DNA of 64,000 bases from a virus (IMGVR_UViG_3300038520_001354:30644-94643); one strand, 5' to 3'. Positions 1 through 10,448 are shown, counted from the stretch's first letter. Program-made: numbers and translations. The notes: generated by a model not told the origin, from the sequence alone.

Positions 1-1
1 G

Positions 2-658
2 ACAGGATTTGCTATTCTTGTAGGTGAAGCATTTATTAGTTTTTACAGAAAAGTTCATGCAATTAATTTCGGAGTTTATGGGGCTACAATGGTAGGTAAA
101 ACAACATTAAGCCATCAATTAAGAACAAGAGGCGAAGTGCCGCAAATTAATGAAAGAACGGTTGGATTACATAGAGCATCAAGAAAAGGTATTAAAATTG
201 ATGGAGACTCTCATACAATTAAAAGCGCAGATGTTGGTGGAGAAGCGATTTATTGGAAAGAATGGGCTAAAGATATGCAAAAGCGCAGAGTTAAATATAT
301 TATATTTATGATAGACCATAGACATTTAGATAATGAAGTTAATTTAGACCACCAAGTAGCATGGAAATTTTTAGTTGATACTATTTGTTCTAATGTTTGG
401 CCGACAGGAAGAAGAAAGAGAGAATCTGATTATCCAATGGCAATAGGAATATGGGCAAATAAATATGATATATGGGGAGAAAAATATCCATTAGAAGAAG
501 GACAAACCATAGATAAACATAAAATATTTGAACCCTTTAAGTATGGAATGAGGCAATTGAATGATAAAGGAATACCTTGTTTTAAGTATATAGTTTCAGC
601 AAAGTCAGACCCCGAAATGGTATATAGGGGAGTAATGACCATGATAAAAGATTATTGA
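2..658 (+). CDS. Small Ras/Arf-like GTPase (5' partial)
   Basis: Frame is open from base 2, giving GVYGATMVGKTT (G1), RTVG (G2), DVGG (G3), NKYD (G4), SAK (G5); the track start at 89 falls inside the P-loop. Confidence 0.85.
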   Translation, partial: TGFAILVGEAFISFYRKVHAINFGVYGATMVGKTTLSHQLRTRGEVPQINERTVGLHRASRKGIKIDGDSHTIKSADVGGEAIYWKEWAKDMQKRRVKYIIFMIDHRHLDNEVNLDHQVAWKFLVDTICSNVWPTGRRKRESDYPMAIGIWANKYDIWGEKYPLEEGQTIDKHKIFEPFKYGMRQLNDKGIPCFKYIVSAKSDPEMVYRGVMTMIKDY

Positions 659-667
659 GGAATAAAT

Positions 668-1330
668 ATGTATAACAACCAAATAATATCAGGACAAGCA
701 CAGGGATTTAATCCCCACTTAAAGCCTTTACAACAGGCTAGAGCAAGCGGAATAGTTACTGAATATAAGTTTCAGTCATTTAAACCAAAGAAACAACTAA
801 AAGAATTAATTACTGTATTGAAAGCAGAGCCTAAAAAATTTATAGGTATTAAATACGGTAAAAAATTTAATTTAAAAGATAGATGTGTTGTTTGTGGTTT
901 TCATCATATTTGGGAAAGTGGAGATTATAGACGGCCTCCTATTCCTTTAGATGGAGTAGTTAAAGGAAGACCATTAGCAGGAACTTATTGCCCTAAACAT
1001 GCTGCTATGTATATGCAATTAGAAATGTTACAACAACAAATACTTGCTGATAAACATGGACTTGATTTCGCTGCATTTAAGCCAAGAATGCCTAAAATGC
1101 TTAAAAGTGGCCCAATTACTACTTTAACTAAGAACGATGTTGCTTCTTTGACTTCTGCCGGATGGTTTATTAAGCCACCCGCAATAGGAGATAACAGGTC
1201 AGCCACCGAAGAGGTAATTCGTTTAATTACTGAAATTAACATATTGACGGATAGAATGAATCATTTGATGCTAACTAATAATGTTCAAGCAGTAAATGAA
1301 TTACCTAAAGAAGAAGAAAAAGAGGCATAA
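668..1330 (+). CDS. Hypothetical protein with CxxC/CxxH zinc-binding motifs
   Basis: 220-aa ORF, GAGG RBS, RCVVCGFHH and YCPKH. Confidence 0.6.
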   Translation: MYNNQIISGQAQGFNPHLKPLQQARASGIVTEYKFQSFKPKKQLKELITVLKAEPKKFIGIKYGKKFNLKDRCVVCGFHHIWESGDYRRPPIPLDGVVKGRPLAGTYCPKHAAMYMQLEMLQQQILADKHGLDFAAFKPRMPKMLKSGPITTLTKNDVASLTSAGWFIKPPAIGDNRSATEEVIRLITEINILTDRMNHLMLTNNVQAVNELPKEEEKEA

Positions 1331-1332
1331 TT

Positions 1333-1986
1333 ATGGGCATATTAGGAACAAGTAATGGAACAGTCTTGGGTGCAGTTCAAGCACAAGGCGACCAGCAATT
1401 TAAGAATGTAAATAATTTACTTTCTTTACAGGATAACCATGTTGAAGAATTTTTTCAATATCATGGAGAACAATTCTTAACTTCTCTTGAAAAATTAATG
1501 GAAGATGTAATAGAGAGAGTAGTTAGTCAAATGTTGGCTAAATTAAGTTTTGAGAGTAGTGGAGGTAATTTAACACTCAATAGGGACTCTCTAAGAGAAT
1601 ATGAAAGAATTACTCAAGAAAATATAGATTTAGATATTAAGAATCTATTAGATTCAGCAATCAATACAGAAGTGGTTATGCAGAGAAAAATGGCTAAACA
1701 ACAATATCTTGAATCTCAAGGGTTTGGGGGTTCTAATACAGGAACTCCAACCGCAGGTGCAGCATTAGCGGGAGTTACCGGAAATATGGCACAATACCAA
1801 CAAATGCAAGGTGCTATGAATAATGGCACAGGTTATCCCGTTCCACCATCCGGTCAAGACGGATATGGTAGGCCATATTGGATTGACCCACAAACCGGAC
1901 AAATGAGTTATGAGCCACCAAAAGCAGGTTTAGGATTAGGTTCAGCAATTCAAAAAGGTGCGGCTTGGGCTAAATGGTTAATGTGA
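1333..1986 (+). CDS. Hypothetical protein, Gly/Gln-rich C-terminus
   Basis: 217-aa ORF closely coupled to neighbours. Confidence 0.6.
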   Translation: MGILGTSNGTVLGAVQAQGDQQFKNVNNLLSLQDNHVEEFFQYHGEQFLTSLEKLMEDVIERVVSQMLAKLSFESSGGNLTLNRDSLREYERITQENIDLDIKNLLDSAINTEVVMQRKMAKQQYLESQGFGGSNTGTPTAGAALAGVTGNMAQYQQMQGAMNNGTGYPVPPSGQDGYGRPYWIDPQTGQMSYEPPKAGLGLGSAIQKGAAWAKWLM

Positions 1987-1996
1987 GGTGAATTAA

Positions 1997-3751
1997 ATGG
2001 TATCTTTTAGATGGGGTAATCAAAATTTATCTCTTCCACAATCTGAGGATTATATTAAATCCGAGATGAAAGATTTTATTGGTGACGGGGATAGAAATTT
2101 TATCGTTAAACTTAAAAGAGCCATAGAAAGCACACAAGGTAGCGAAGTAAATAATACTGAACTTGTAAGTCAATTTAAGAAAATAAAAGATGAAGTATTA
2201 GGACTACCCTTAACTCCTTTTTTAGAACAAGATGCTGATGGATGGAAAAGATATTCACAAACAAGAGCAAGGGGAAGTAAAGAACCTAAGCCCAATACTT
2301 CTAATATTAATTTTGTAAAAGACAAAACTATTGGTGATGTTACTGAAGGTGCAGTTGTTGGAAGATTAAGAGGCATGGGTGCAGTAAAATACATGAAAGG
2401 TGAAGAAGTGGATTTACCAGACTTCGATATAGAAGAATGGATGGATAATACTAGAACTAAGTTTGTTTCATCTAAAAGTGTAGGATATGATATTGTTATA
2501 AGAGAATCAGAAGCAGAAGGTAGGGAAGGAACATTTAATTTTGCCCATAAACCTTCTGAAAGTAACTTAGATGGGCACATTGATGCTCTTTTTCCTATTA
2601 TTGATGAAGGTGAATTAACTAATGCAAAATCAGAATATATCATGGAAAAAACCGGACAACAAGCAACTTTTAGAACAAAAGCAGGAACTAGACAGGAAAT
2701 AGCAAGAGAAATAATTGATTATAGTTTTAATATACCCGATGAGGATATTGAAAAACTAACAAAGAGAGGCGGAACAAGTTCTGTTTTAGAACAAACATTA
2801 AATGAAGATGGTGAGTTTGAACCTGTTGGGGGATTTGCTGGTTCTGGGGTAAGAATAAAATTAACTACTGACCCTAAAGCAAAGTTAAATATGCAAGCAT
2901 TATTAACTGCAATAAATGATTTAAACAGAACAGAACAAATGAGAAATGATGGTATTGTTCAAATAGGTGATAAATTTTATTCTTATCAATTAGGTGATGC
3001 TGATGCAGCAATAAAGGTTAAACTTTCTTATCATCCAAATGAACAAGGAAGTCCTTTTTCTTTTTTACGAGATAATAAAAACATATTTTTAAGAATACTT
3101 AAACCTTATTTCTCAAATCCTCTTTCTGTTTATACGGCTGAAATAGTTGGTAATATTAAAACTTCAAAGAAACCTAAACCTATGTTTAGTCAAAGAGCCG
3201 CAGATGTTCAGTCAAAATACTTTGAGGGCAAAAGCGAAGACCGATATGAAAGGGTCACAGAATGGACTCATAAAGAAAATAAAGAAAAAATTTCTCCAGA
3301 AGAATATAATAAATTATCTGATGAAGAAAAGAAAAAATATACACCAACGGTCAAACCACTAACTCCATCGGATATTAAAGAATTAACAGATAAGGCTTTT
3401 GTAAATATGGAAACAGACCAAGTTATTTCTGAAAATGAATATAATACTCTTCCCGATAAAGAAAAAAGAAAATACAAAAGTAAGATTATAGTTACCGAAG
3501 AAGGAAAAAGCGGTGGTGTAGGATTACAAACATTTGGTGGAACTGCTTATGATACAGGCTCAGGATTCCAAGCAGATGAATTACAAGAAGCGTTTAAAGA
3601 AGCATATGTTGATTGTAAGATTTATTTAAAGAATCATGGCTCATTTAATTTAAACCCATTTAGACAAGGTAGCCCTAATAGAAGCATGGCTAGTCATGTC
3701 AATAAATTAAAAAAGAATGTTAGAAGATTAAGAAAGACTTTAGGTGAGTAA
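1997..3751 (+). CDS. Hypothetical protein (possibly virion-associated)
   Basis: 584-aa ORF, GAGGTGA RBS; internal duplicated motif ISPEEYNKLSDEEKKKY / ISENEYNTLPDKEKRKY. Confidence 0.6.
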   Translation: MVSFRWGNQNLSLPQSEDYIKSEMKDFIGDGDRNFIVKLKRAIESTQGSEVNNTELVSQFKKIKDEVLGLPLTPFLEQDADGWKRYSQTRARGSKEPKPNTSNINFVKDKTIGDVTEGAVVGRLRGMGAVKYMKGEEVDLPDFDIEEWMDNTRTKFVSSKSVGYDIVIRESEAEGREGTFNFAHKPSESNLDGHIDALFPIIDEGELTNAKSEYIMEKTGQQATFRTKAGTRQEIAREIIDYSFNIPDEDIEKLTKRGGTSSVLEQTLNEDGEFEPVGGFAGSGVRIKLTTDPKAKLNMQALLTAINDLNRTEQMRNDGIVQIGDKFYSYQLGDADAAIKVKLSYHPNEQGSPFSFLRDNKNIFLRILKPYFSNPLSVYTAEIVGNIKTSKKPKPMFSQRAADVQSKYFEGKSEDRYERVTEWTHKENKEKISPEEYNKLSDEEKKKYTPTVKPLTPSDIKELTDKAFVNMETDQVISENEYNTLPDKEKRKYKSKIIVTEEGKSGGVGLQTFGGTAYDTGSGFQADELQEAFKEAYVDCKIYLKNHGSFNLNPFRQGSPNRSMASHVNKLKKNVRRLRKTLGE

Positions 3752-5057
3752 TATGGGAGTAACTATATCCCCAAGCGATTTTACTGAAATTAACCCTAGT
3801 TATAGTAATGGCAGGGGTTTTTATACTAATGCAACAGAAGTCGCTAATCTATTACAAGTTCCTGCTTTTACAAGTAGCACTTATCCTACTTTGGCTCAAG
3901 TAGGTTCTATTATTAAAAGAATTGAAGGAATGATAGATGAAAAGGTAAAGCGTTCTTATAGACCTATTATAACTAAAAACGAATATCATAATTTTGAATT
4001 TAGTGAATTACCTCACAAAGCCTATTATGGTGGTCATGTTGGATTTATTCAACTAACTCAATTAAAGGTTCGTAAAATTGTTTCTTTACTTGTTTGGCAA
4101 GGAAATCACCATGAAGAATTAGCATCAGCACAAGCCAAGTTATTATTAAAAGAAAACTTTCGAGACTTAAACTCAGTTATTTTAGAACTTCCTAATAGTG
4201 GGGTATCATTTGAAATGGTTGCTGAAAATGATTTATCAGGGTTAGGCAACGATGAGTTTTGTAATACTTTTGGAATTAAAACAACAAATGAAGAACTCGT
4301 TGCATTAATAAATGAATCGTTTCCATCTTTAACTTCGCAGTTTACAGGGGCTACTGCACCTAAAGCCCTTACTTCTTCTTCACTTTCCATTTCTGACTTT
4401 TTCTATGCTGCAAAGGATAGGGATAACGGCAAGCAATTACTTATCTCATCCCTACTTTCCGGTGATGATGGGGCAGATTGTGTTATCAAGGCAACAATAA
4501 AACAGTCATGTTCAACAGTAAACACATCAACGACTCTTACTGTTGCAGATTCTTCTAAATTACACGCAGGTATGACTGTAACAGGAACAGGCATTACAGG
4601 AACAATTACTATCGCTTCAATTACTGATTCAACAACTGTTGTATTAAGTGGTGCTGCTACTGCTACTGCAACTAATGTTTTAACTTTCACAAGCACTGAT
4701 GAAATACCAACAGTTTGTGATTTAATTCCTTTTACAGATAAAGAAGATTTAAAGAGACTTGGTTCTTATTGGACTATTAATGAAGAAGGCCGAGTATTCT
4801 TTTTGAAAGATTACCCTTATCATAGAGATAATTCCGTGATTGTTTCTTATATTGCTGGTGATGGCCGAGTTCCTGCAACAATACACGAAGCGGCAACTAA
4901 GTTAACTGCTGCTGAAATTATAAGACATGACGACCAAAGTATATTAATTACTGAATCTGGTGCAAATATTACTACAAAAGAAAAATATGACATACTTCGT
5001 AAAGAAGGATTAGATATTTTGAAAGGTAAAGGAGACATAGTTTATTTCTTGGATTGA
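3744..5057 (+). CDS. Putative head-tail adaptor/neck protein with inserted domain
   Basis: N-terminal YTNATEVANLL...IKRIEGMID and C-terminal VIVSYIAG..VPATIHEAATKL resemble gp6/gp15-type adaptors; upstream of tail genes; start may be ATG 3753. Confidence 0.55.
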   Translation: MSNMGVTISPSDFTEINPSYSNGRGFYTNATEVANLLQVPAFTSSTYPTLAQVGSIIKRIEGMIDEKVKRSYRPIITKNEYHNFEFSELPHKAYYGGHVGFIQLTQLKVRKIVSLLVWQGNHHEELASAQAKLLLKENFRDLNSVILELPNSGVSFEMVAENDLSGLGNDEFCNTFGIKTTNEELVALINESFPSLTSQFTGATAPKALTSSSLSISDFFYAAKDRDNGKQLLISSLLSGDDGADCVIKATIKQSCSTVNTSTTLTVADSSKLHAGMTVTGTGITGTITIASITDSTTVVLSGAATATATNVLTFTSTDEIPTVCDLIPFTDKEDLKRLGSYWTINEEGRVFFLKDYPYHRDNSVIVSYIAGDGRVPATIHEAATKLTAAEIIRHDDQSILITESGANITTKEKYDILRKEGLDILKGKGDIVYFLD

Positions 5058-5278
5058 TTTCTATGGCAATAAAAATAGACTTTAATGCCTTAAATAGATT
5101 TATACAAATACAAGAAGAAAGAAATCTAGCCATGAAAGAATTATCAGAACAGTTAGGAATAGATATATCTTTCAGTGACGAAGAAGTATTACAATATGCT
5201 ATGGAAGAATATTCTAAATATATCTCAACTGAAATAAATAAGGAGGTGGAATTGTGGATGAAGTCTCACTTCTCATAG
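5054..5278 (+). CDS. Small hypothetical protein
   Basis: 74-aa ORF within the operon. Confidence 0.5.
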   Translation: MISMAIKIDFNALNRFIQIQEERNLAMKELSEQLGIDISFSDEEVLQYAMEEYSKYISTEINKEVELWMKSHFS

Positions 5279-5766
5279 ATTTACTAACAAACAATTGGTC
5301 ATCTAATGCCACTGCTTTAGTTAGTGCGGGAACGATTAGTGCTTCTCATGCAGTTACTCCTGATTTTATTGATATTAGAACAATAACAAAAAATAAAGGT
5401 GTTAGGGTTGATTTAAGCCGCTCACCTGCCACTGTTGTTATATTTGAAGATTCACAAAGCATTGAATATCCTACTATTCACTATGATATAAGAAACGAGT
5501 CATACTCATTTACGCTTCATATTAGAGTTTTACATGAGGAAAGGGGTGGGGCTGATGCCGATTACGGGAAGGATAGGCTAAGGGCTATATACTTGATTCT
5601 CCGTAGGACTCTTGAAGGTAAGCGCAAAGGCTATACTGCAAGTGATGGCTCTAAGTTTAATCAATTATTTTTAGGTGCAAGAAGCGAAAGTAATGACCGA
5701 GCAAAGCGTTTATTTGGTTACAAAGTTACATTAGAAGCAAAAAGATTCGCATTAACAATCCCTTAG
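5254..5766 (+). CDS. Putative tail terminator/completion protein
   Basis: Size and position directly before the tail tube gene; GGAGGTG RBS. Confidence 0.45.
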   Translation: MDEVSLLIDLLTNNWSSNATALVSAGTISASHAVTPDFIDIRTITKNKGVRVDLSRSPATVVIFEDSQSIEYPTIHYDIRNESYSFTLHIRVLHEERGGADADYGKDRLRAIYLILRRTLEGKRKGYTASDGSKFNQLFLGARSESNDRAKRLFGYKVTLEAKRFALTIP

Positions 5767-5795
5767 TAAGTTTGTAAGGTAAAGGGGAGATTAAT

Positions 5796-7418
5796 ATGGC
5801 AAACACAGATATATTTTTAGGAAGCGGCGCAAGTATAACATTTATACCAGAAAATGACATTTATGTTGGAGGACAACATACAAGTGGTTTAGCATTTAAC
5901 GGTTCAAGAGGAACAGTTGATACAATTAGAGTGGATAGTGATTTTACTTCTTCTTTTTTGTTAGTAACTAATTTATACAAAGGCTGTCTATTAGAGCGTT
6001 ATAGTTCTGGAAATGTCTTGCAATCAACTCATAGAATCTCTTCTAATACTTTAGAAGATATTACTTTTACTCCAAGCCTTACTGATATTCCAGCAAATGA
6101 TTACTTTGTAATTAAATCATACGGTGCGCCTGTTCCTGCACATAAAGACGGAACAGGTGGAACTGCAACAAAAAGACTTCTATCTGATGAATGGTTAGGT
6201 ATTCTTGAAAGTGCAACATTCCCGACAACGGAAGTTGAAATGAAACAAACTAATCTTTCTCTTGGTGGCTCAAGAAACTTTACTTATCAGTATAAAGGAA
6301 TTACATCTTTTTCGGGAGGTAATCTTGGTATTGTTGCTAATCATGGTGCATGGTTATATTACTTCTTAGGAAAGTGTGAAAAGATAAATGCTACCGTTGC
6401 TCAACCTGCCGCTACTCCAACTATTTATGCTAATGGTAATTCAGGAGATAATAATAAAATCTTTATTGAAGCAACAGGAGTTTCTGCGGGAACAGGTGTT
6501 GATATTACAGGAATTAGTGAAACCGGCCCACTATTTTTCAGACAAGATAATAATAATAAGTTTTGTCCTCCGCTTTCACCGCATTTACATACATTAGCAG
6601 ACATGGACACTTTAACAAGACCAAGCGGAGATACTACTATTTCTAATGCTATTACCTATACTTTCGGTGAACAAAATGGCGACCTTTTACCTTCTTTTGC
6701 TCTTGAAAACAACTTTTCAAAGTTAGCAGGTTCTTCAAACATATACAGAACAAATACTGCTTCAGAAGCAGAAGATTTGAATTTTGTAAAAATCGCTAGA
6801 GGTTGCAGAGTAAATACTCTAACTATGACCGCTAACGAAAATGAAGAAGTTAAAATGACTTTGGATTTAAATACAAGAAATGTTCACGACTTAGCACAGG
6901 ATGAAAGATATGATGCAAGAAAGGGAGTTGAAGCAGAAACTTCTTTCTTTAACTATGAATCTTCAACAAACACAGACCAAATGCGTGAACCATTCTTTTT
7001 CTCCGATGGAACATTTAAGGTATTGGGAGAATCTTTCCTTAAAATTAATACTTTAACTTTAACTATGAATAATAATCTTCAAGATAGAAGATTCTTAGGA
7101 GTTGGTAGTAAAGATGTTCAAGAAGCAATTCCAGCACAAAGAACTTATGAGATTGCATTTACAGGTCATGTAACCGATGATGCGCTATATACTGCTCTGT
7201 TGAATGATTCAGAAAACACTACTCAAACTATTGAATTAATCTTTACTAAATCAAATGGAGAATCTATTACATTAAAGTTTGAAGATTACTTTGTTTCTGC
7301 AAACAATTTCCCTATGACAGATGATAAAGGGCCAATTGTTGTTGAAGCAACAGTAATGCCGAGAAACTTAGCAACAGATGGTTGCGTAGTTAAGACTCAT
7401 TGGGTATTACAGGGGTGA
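5796..7418 (+). CDS. Major tail tube protein
   Basis: GCRVNTLTMT...LTLTMNNNL...RTYEIAFTG pattern typical of tail tube proteins; precedes chaperone and tape measure genes. Confidence 0.7.
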   Translation: MANTDIFLGSGASITFIPENDIYVGGQHTSGLAFNGSRGTVDTIRVDSDFTSSFLLVTNLYKGCLLERYSSGNVLQSTHRISSNTLEDITFTPSLTDIPANDYFVIKSYGAPVPAHKDGTGGTATKRLLSDEWLGILESATFPTTEVEMKQTNLSLGGSRNFTYQYKGITSFSGGNLGIVANHGAWLYYFLGKCEKINATVAQPAATPTIYANGNSGDNNKIFIEATGVSAGTGVDITGISETGPLFFRQDNNNKFCPPLSPHLHTLADMDTLTRPSGDTTISNAITYTFGEQNGDLLPSFALENNFSKLAGSSNIYRTNTASEAEDLNFVKIARGCRVNTLTMTANENEEVKMTLDLNTRNVHDLAQDERYDARKGVEAETSFFNYESSTNTDQMREPFFFSDGTFKVLGESFLKINTLTLTMNNNLQDRRFLGVGSKDVQEAIPAQRTYEIAFTGHVTDDALYTALLNDSENTTQTIELIFTKSNGESITLKFEDYFVSANNFPMTDDKGPIVVEATVMPRNLATDGCVVKTHWVLQG

Positions 7419-7422
7419 TTAT

Positions 7423-7557
7423 ATGGTTTCAAGATATGAAAAGAATCTTAGAAGAGTTGAGTTATCTAAAACTAAGAAAGAAAAAAAGGCTGAAGCAAAA
7501 GCCGCTAAGGAAGAAGAAAAGAAAGAAACTCCTAAGAAATCACAATTAGCAGAATAA
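7423..7557 (+). CDS. Small Lys/Glu-rich protein (44 aa, not in ORF track)
   Basis: GGGGTGA RBS then MVSRYEKNLRRVELSKTKKEKKAEAKAAKEEEKKETPKKSQLAE*. Confidence 0.55.
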   Translation: MVSRYEKNLRRVELSKTKKEKKAEAKAAKEEEKKETPKKSQLAE

Positions 7558-7597
7558 TATTCCACCAACACCGTTTGTTTGTTTGTTGGTATAGAAG

Positions 7598-7972
7598 GTG
7601 GATAATATGTTAAACGATAAGAAAATTGTTACAGATAAGAGTGTGCTATTTGCACTACAAGAGCCTACGCTACATTACATTAAAGTAGCACCCGATAAAG
7701 AAGAATACCTAAAAGTATGGGTAAAAGACCCCTCATGGTTAGAAGTTGATAAAGCCATGAATAGTCTTATGGACATTGATGCAAAGTCGCAATCAGTGGA
7801 CATTGACCTAAATGCTATGTTTAAGTATATGGTCGAAAATTTCGTTGTAAAGACTGAACCGAGTCTTTCAGCAATTGATATTCTCAAATTGACCCCCTAT
7901 GTGGGCAATCAACTAAAAGACATTCTTCCAAATCCTTTAGATATGGGAGATGATACAGAAAAAAACGATTAG
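7598..7972 (+). CDS. Tail assembly chaperone (gpG-like)
   Basis: Between tail tube and tape measure; ends in slippery heptamer A AAA AAC. Confidence 0.7.
   Translation: MDNMLNDKKIVTDKSVLFALQEPTLHYIKVAPDKEEYLKVWVKDPSWLEVDKAMNSLMDIDAKSQSVDIDLNAMFKYMVENFVVKTEPSLSAIDILKLTPYVGNQLKDILPNPLDMGDDTEKND
7960..7966 (+). promoter_or_regulatory. Programmed -1 ribosomal frameshift site (A AAA AAC)
   Basis: XXXYYYZ heptamer in frame just before the stop; the -1 frame continues CGA TTA GTG into ORF 7972..8178. Confidence 0.75.
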
Positions 7973-8178
7973 TGGGAAGGGCTTTGAGGGGTTTTGAAAC
8001 AACCCCTCAGATTTCTTCTCAATTAATTGTTTATTCGCTTGCACAGGCATTTAGCATAAGCCCATTAGAGGTTTATGAAATGCCAGCATCATTAGTTATG
8101 GATATGTTAAGGATTCATAAGGAAGTTAAAATATTAGAAGCCGAGGAATATGAAAAGGCACAAAAACAAATTAAGTGA
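7972..8178 (+). CDS. Tail chaperone C-terminal extension (gpT-like, frameshift product)
   Basis: In the -1 frame relative to the preceding ORF; LAQAFSISPLEVYEMP is typical of gpT-like segments. Confidence 0.7.
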   Translation: MGRALRGFETTPQISSQLIVYSLAQAFSISPLEVYEMPASLVMDMLRIHKEVKILEAEEYEKAQKQIK

Positions 8179-8183
8179 TTAAT

Positions 8184-10448
8184 ATGGCTGATGCACTTGC
8201 CCTCGCTAAAAAAAATTCTGATATGTTGAATGCTTTAATTCAACAAACTACAAAACTCGCAAATGCTCAACAAATAGCAAATAGAGTTCAACAAGAATAC
8301 ACTAAAGGTGTTAAAGAAGATACCGAAGCAGAAGAACAAAACTTTGACGCATTAGATAGAAGAACAAAAGCCATCAATCGTGCAATTGAAACGATGGAAG
8401 GCATGGGCAAACAGTTTGAATTGCTCAATTATCAAAGTTTACAAGCCTTTAGAGCCGAACAAGGTAATATATTCGAGTATCTCGATATGTTACTTACTTC
8501 AACTAAAGAACAAGTTAAGATATTAGGAATTGAAGCCGGAACTGCAAGAAGAGTTCTTTATGGGTTTTTTCCGCCCGGAATGTTTTCTTTAGTCAGTAAA
8601 TTATCAACAGGAATGAAATTTGCAGGTGCAGTAACAAGAAAATTTACTACAACTACTGATGAAGCAGGAAAGAAACAAAAGAACCTATTCACTTTAATAG
8701 GTTCAGGATTAGGCGTTTTAACTAAGTTTAGGAAAAAAACAGAAGAAATAACTGAGGCTCAGGCTGCTGCTGAAATGGGTGAAACAACTAAAAAAGCAAA
8801 GAATACAAAAAGAGGAATGTTTGGAAATAAAAGAAATCAACCTGTCGCTCATAGAAGAAAGGCATCCGGTGATACAGAAGATTTTACAGAAGATTTCCTT
8901 AGCACAGTATTAAGTGCATCTCCCGAAGCCTTGTATAAAAATATGGAATTGGCTGAAAAAGCAAGTAAAGAATTAAAATTAAAAGAAGCGGCAGATGCAA
9001 AGAAAGCCGCTAAGAAAAAAATGGATATACAAAAACATGAGATTACTGCAACAAAATCAAGATTAAAAGTTGCTAGGCGATTTGAAGAAAAAGAACTTAA
9101 AGAAGTAAATAAAATTAAAAAAGAATTATCTAAAGAAGCATATGATAAATCAGTAAGAAGAATAGAGCAACAAATGAAAAAACAAATAGAAGCAGAATAT
9201 AAGAAAAAGAAACTTACTGATGAGCAAATAAAATTAATGGAATATGAAACTAATTTAGAAATTCAAAGAAGAACAGAAGCATATAGAATTGGTGAAAACA
9301 CAAGAGATATTTTCAAACAAATGAGAGAATTAGATTTCAAAGACTTAGCAGAAAACTCAACCGCACTTAGCCATGCTGCTGATAAATTAGAACAAGCCTC
9401 AAAACTAACTAGCGAAAGAAAAGGACAAGTCGATGCAGCAAAAAAAGAATTTGATAATTTAAAATCAATAAGAGATACCGCAGTTAATGATTCTAAAATA
9501 CTTAAACAAACTGCAAAAAGAAGAAAGAAAGCAGATAAGAAGCAACAAAAAGTAATGGAAAAGCAAAAGAAAATTGCTGAAAAACAATACAAGTGGGCAC
9601 AAATTAGAGCAAAAATAGAAGATATTCGAGAAAATAAATTAGGCCCATTAAAAGAAGGTCTTAAAATGTTTATGTTTGGTGTGATGAAAGCCATATTAAT
9701 AATTGTTGCTGCTTTAATTGTTTTACAAGCATTATGGCCAAGTATTAAAAATATTATAGGAACAGTTATATCAGTAATGATGTTTGGTATTGGTTTGGTA
9801 ATGGAAGGAGTATTACAAATATTTGCGGGATTATATGGCGTTTACGAAGCACTAATGAGCGGAGATTTAATGGACTTACTTATGGCATTAGCAGATGTAG
9901 TGATAGGATTTGGAAAAGTATTTTTTGGATTATTAGTTGCTATATTTGGAACTCTTTTGACCTTTGTTGGGGCATTAGTTGTGGACTTATTAGGTAGGGC
10001 TAAAAATTGGTTTATGAGTTTAGGTAAAGACATTAAATCGGTTGGAAAAATAGTTGGTTTAATTTTGGCAGTTGCGGGAATGATAGTGGCTGCTATTATG
10101 GGTGCGCCTATTCTATTAATTGCTGGTATTGGTATATTGTTATATAAGGTAGGAAAATATATTGTTAGCAAAATTCCCGGATTTTCGAATGGTGGTGTTT
10201 CAACAGGAGGATTAGCAGTTGTTGGAGAAAAAGGCCCAGAATTAGTTAATTTACCAAGAGGTTCAAGAGTTCATTCTAATTCTCAAAGTAAAAGAATGGT
10301 CAGTAGTTCGGGCACGACAAATAACTTTAATATCACCATTAATGCGAGAGATACTTCTGATTCTGAATTACGAAGAATAGCAGATAAGATAGGACAGATG
10401 GTAAATAGCAAAATTAATAGGACTACAAGTTCAGCAACAATGAGGTGA
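8184..10448 (+). CDS. Tail tape measure protein
   Basis: Long helical/coiled-coil ORF with hydrophobic repeats; C-terminal FSNGG..GGLAVVGEKGPELV motif; position. Confidence 0.85.
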   Translation: MADALALAKKNSDMLNALIQQTTKLANAQQIANRVQQEYTKGVKEDTEAEEQNFDALDRRTKAINRAIETMEGMGKQFELLNYQSLQAFRAEQGNIFEYLDMLLTSTKEQVKILGIEAGTARRVLYGFFPPGMFSLVSKLSTGMKFAGAVTRKFTTTTDEAGKKQKNLFTLIGSGLGVLTKFRKKTEEITEAQAAAEMGETTKKAKNTKRGMFGNKRNQPVAHRRKASGDTEDFTEDFLSTVLSASPEALYKNMELAEKASKELKLKEAADAKKAAKKKMDIQKHEITATKSRLKVARRFEEKELKEVNKIKKELSKEAYDKSVRRIEQQMKKQIEAEYKKKKLTDEQIKLMEYETNLEIQRRTEAYRIGENTRDIFKQMRELDFKDLAENSTALSHAADKLEQASKLTSERKGQVDAAKKEFDNLKSIRDTAVNDSKILKQTAKRRKKADKKQQKVMEKQKKIAEKQYKWAQIRAKIEDIRENKLGPLKEGLKMFMFGVMKAILIIVAALIVLQALWPSIKNIIGTVISVMMFGIGLVMEGVLQIFAGLYGVYEALMSGDLMDLLMALADVVIGFGKVFFGLLVAIFGTLLTFVGALVVDLLGRAKNWFMSLGKDIKSVGKIVGLILAVAGMIVAAIMGAPILLIAGIGILLYKVGKYIVSKIPGFSNGGVSTGGLAVVGEKGPELVNLPRGSRVHSNSQSKRMVSSSGTTNNFNITINARDTSDSELRRIADKIGQMVNSKINRTTSSATMR

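Noticed and set aside
89-658. Track start at 89 for the GTPase
   Set aside because: The Met lies within the P-loop and the frame is open to the window edge
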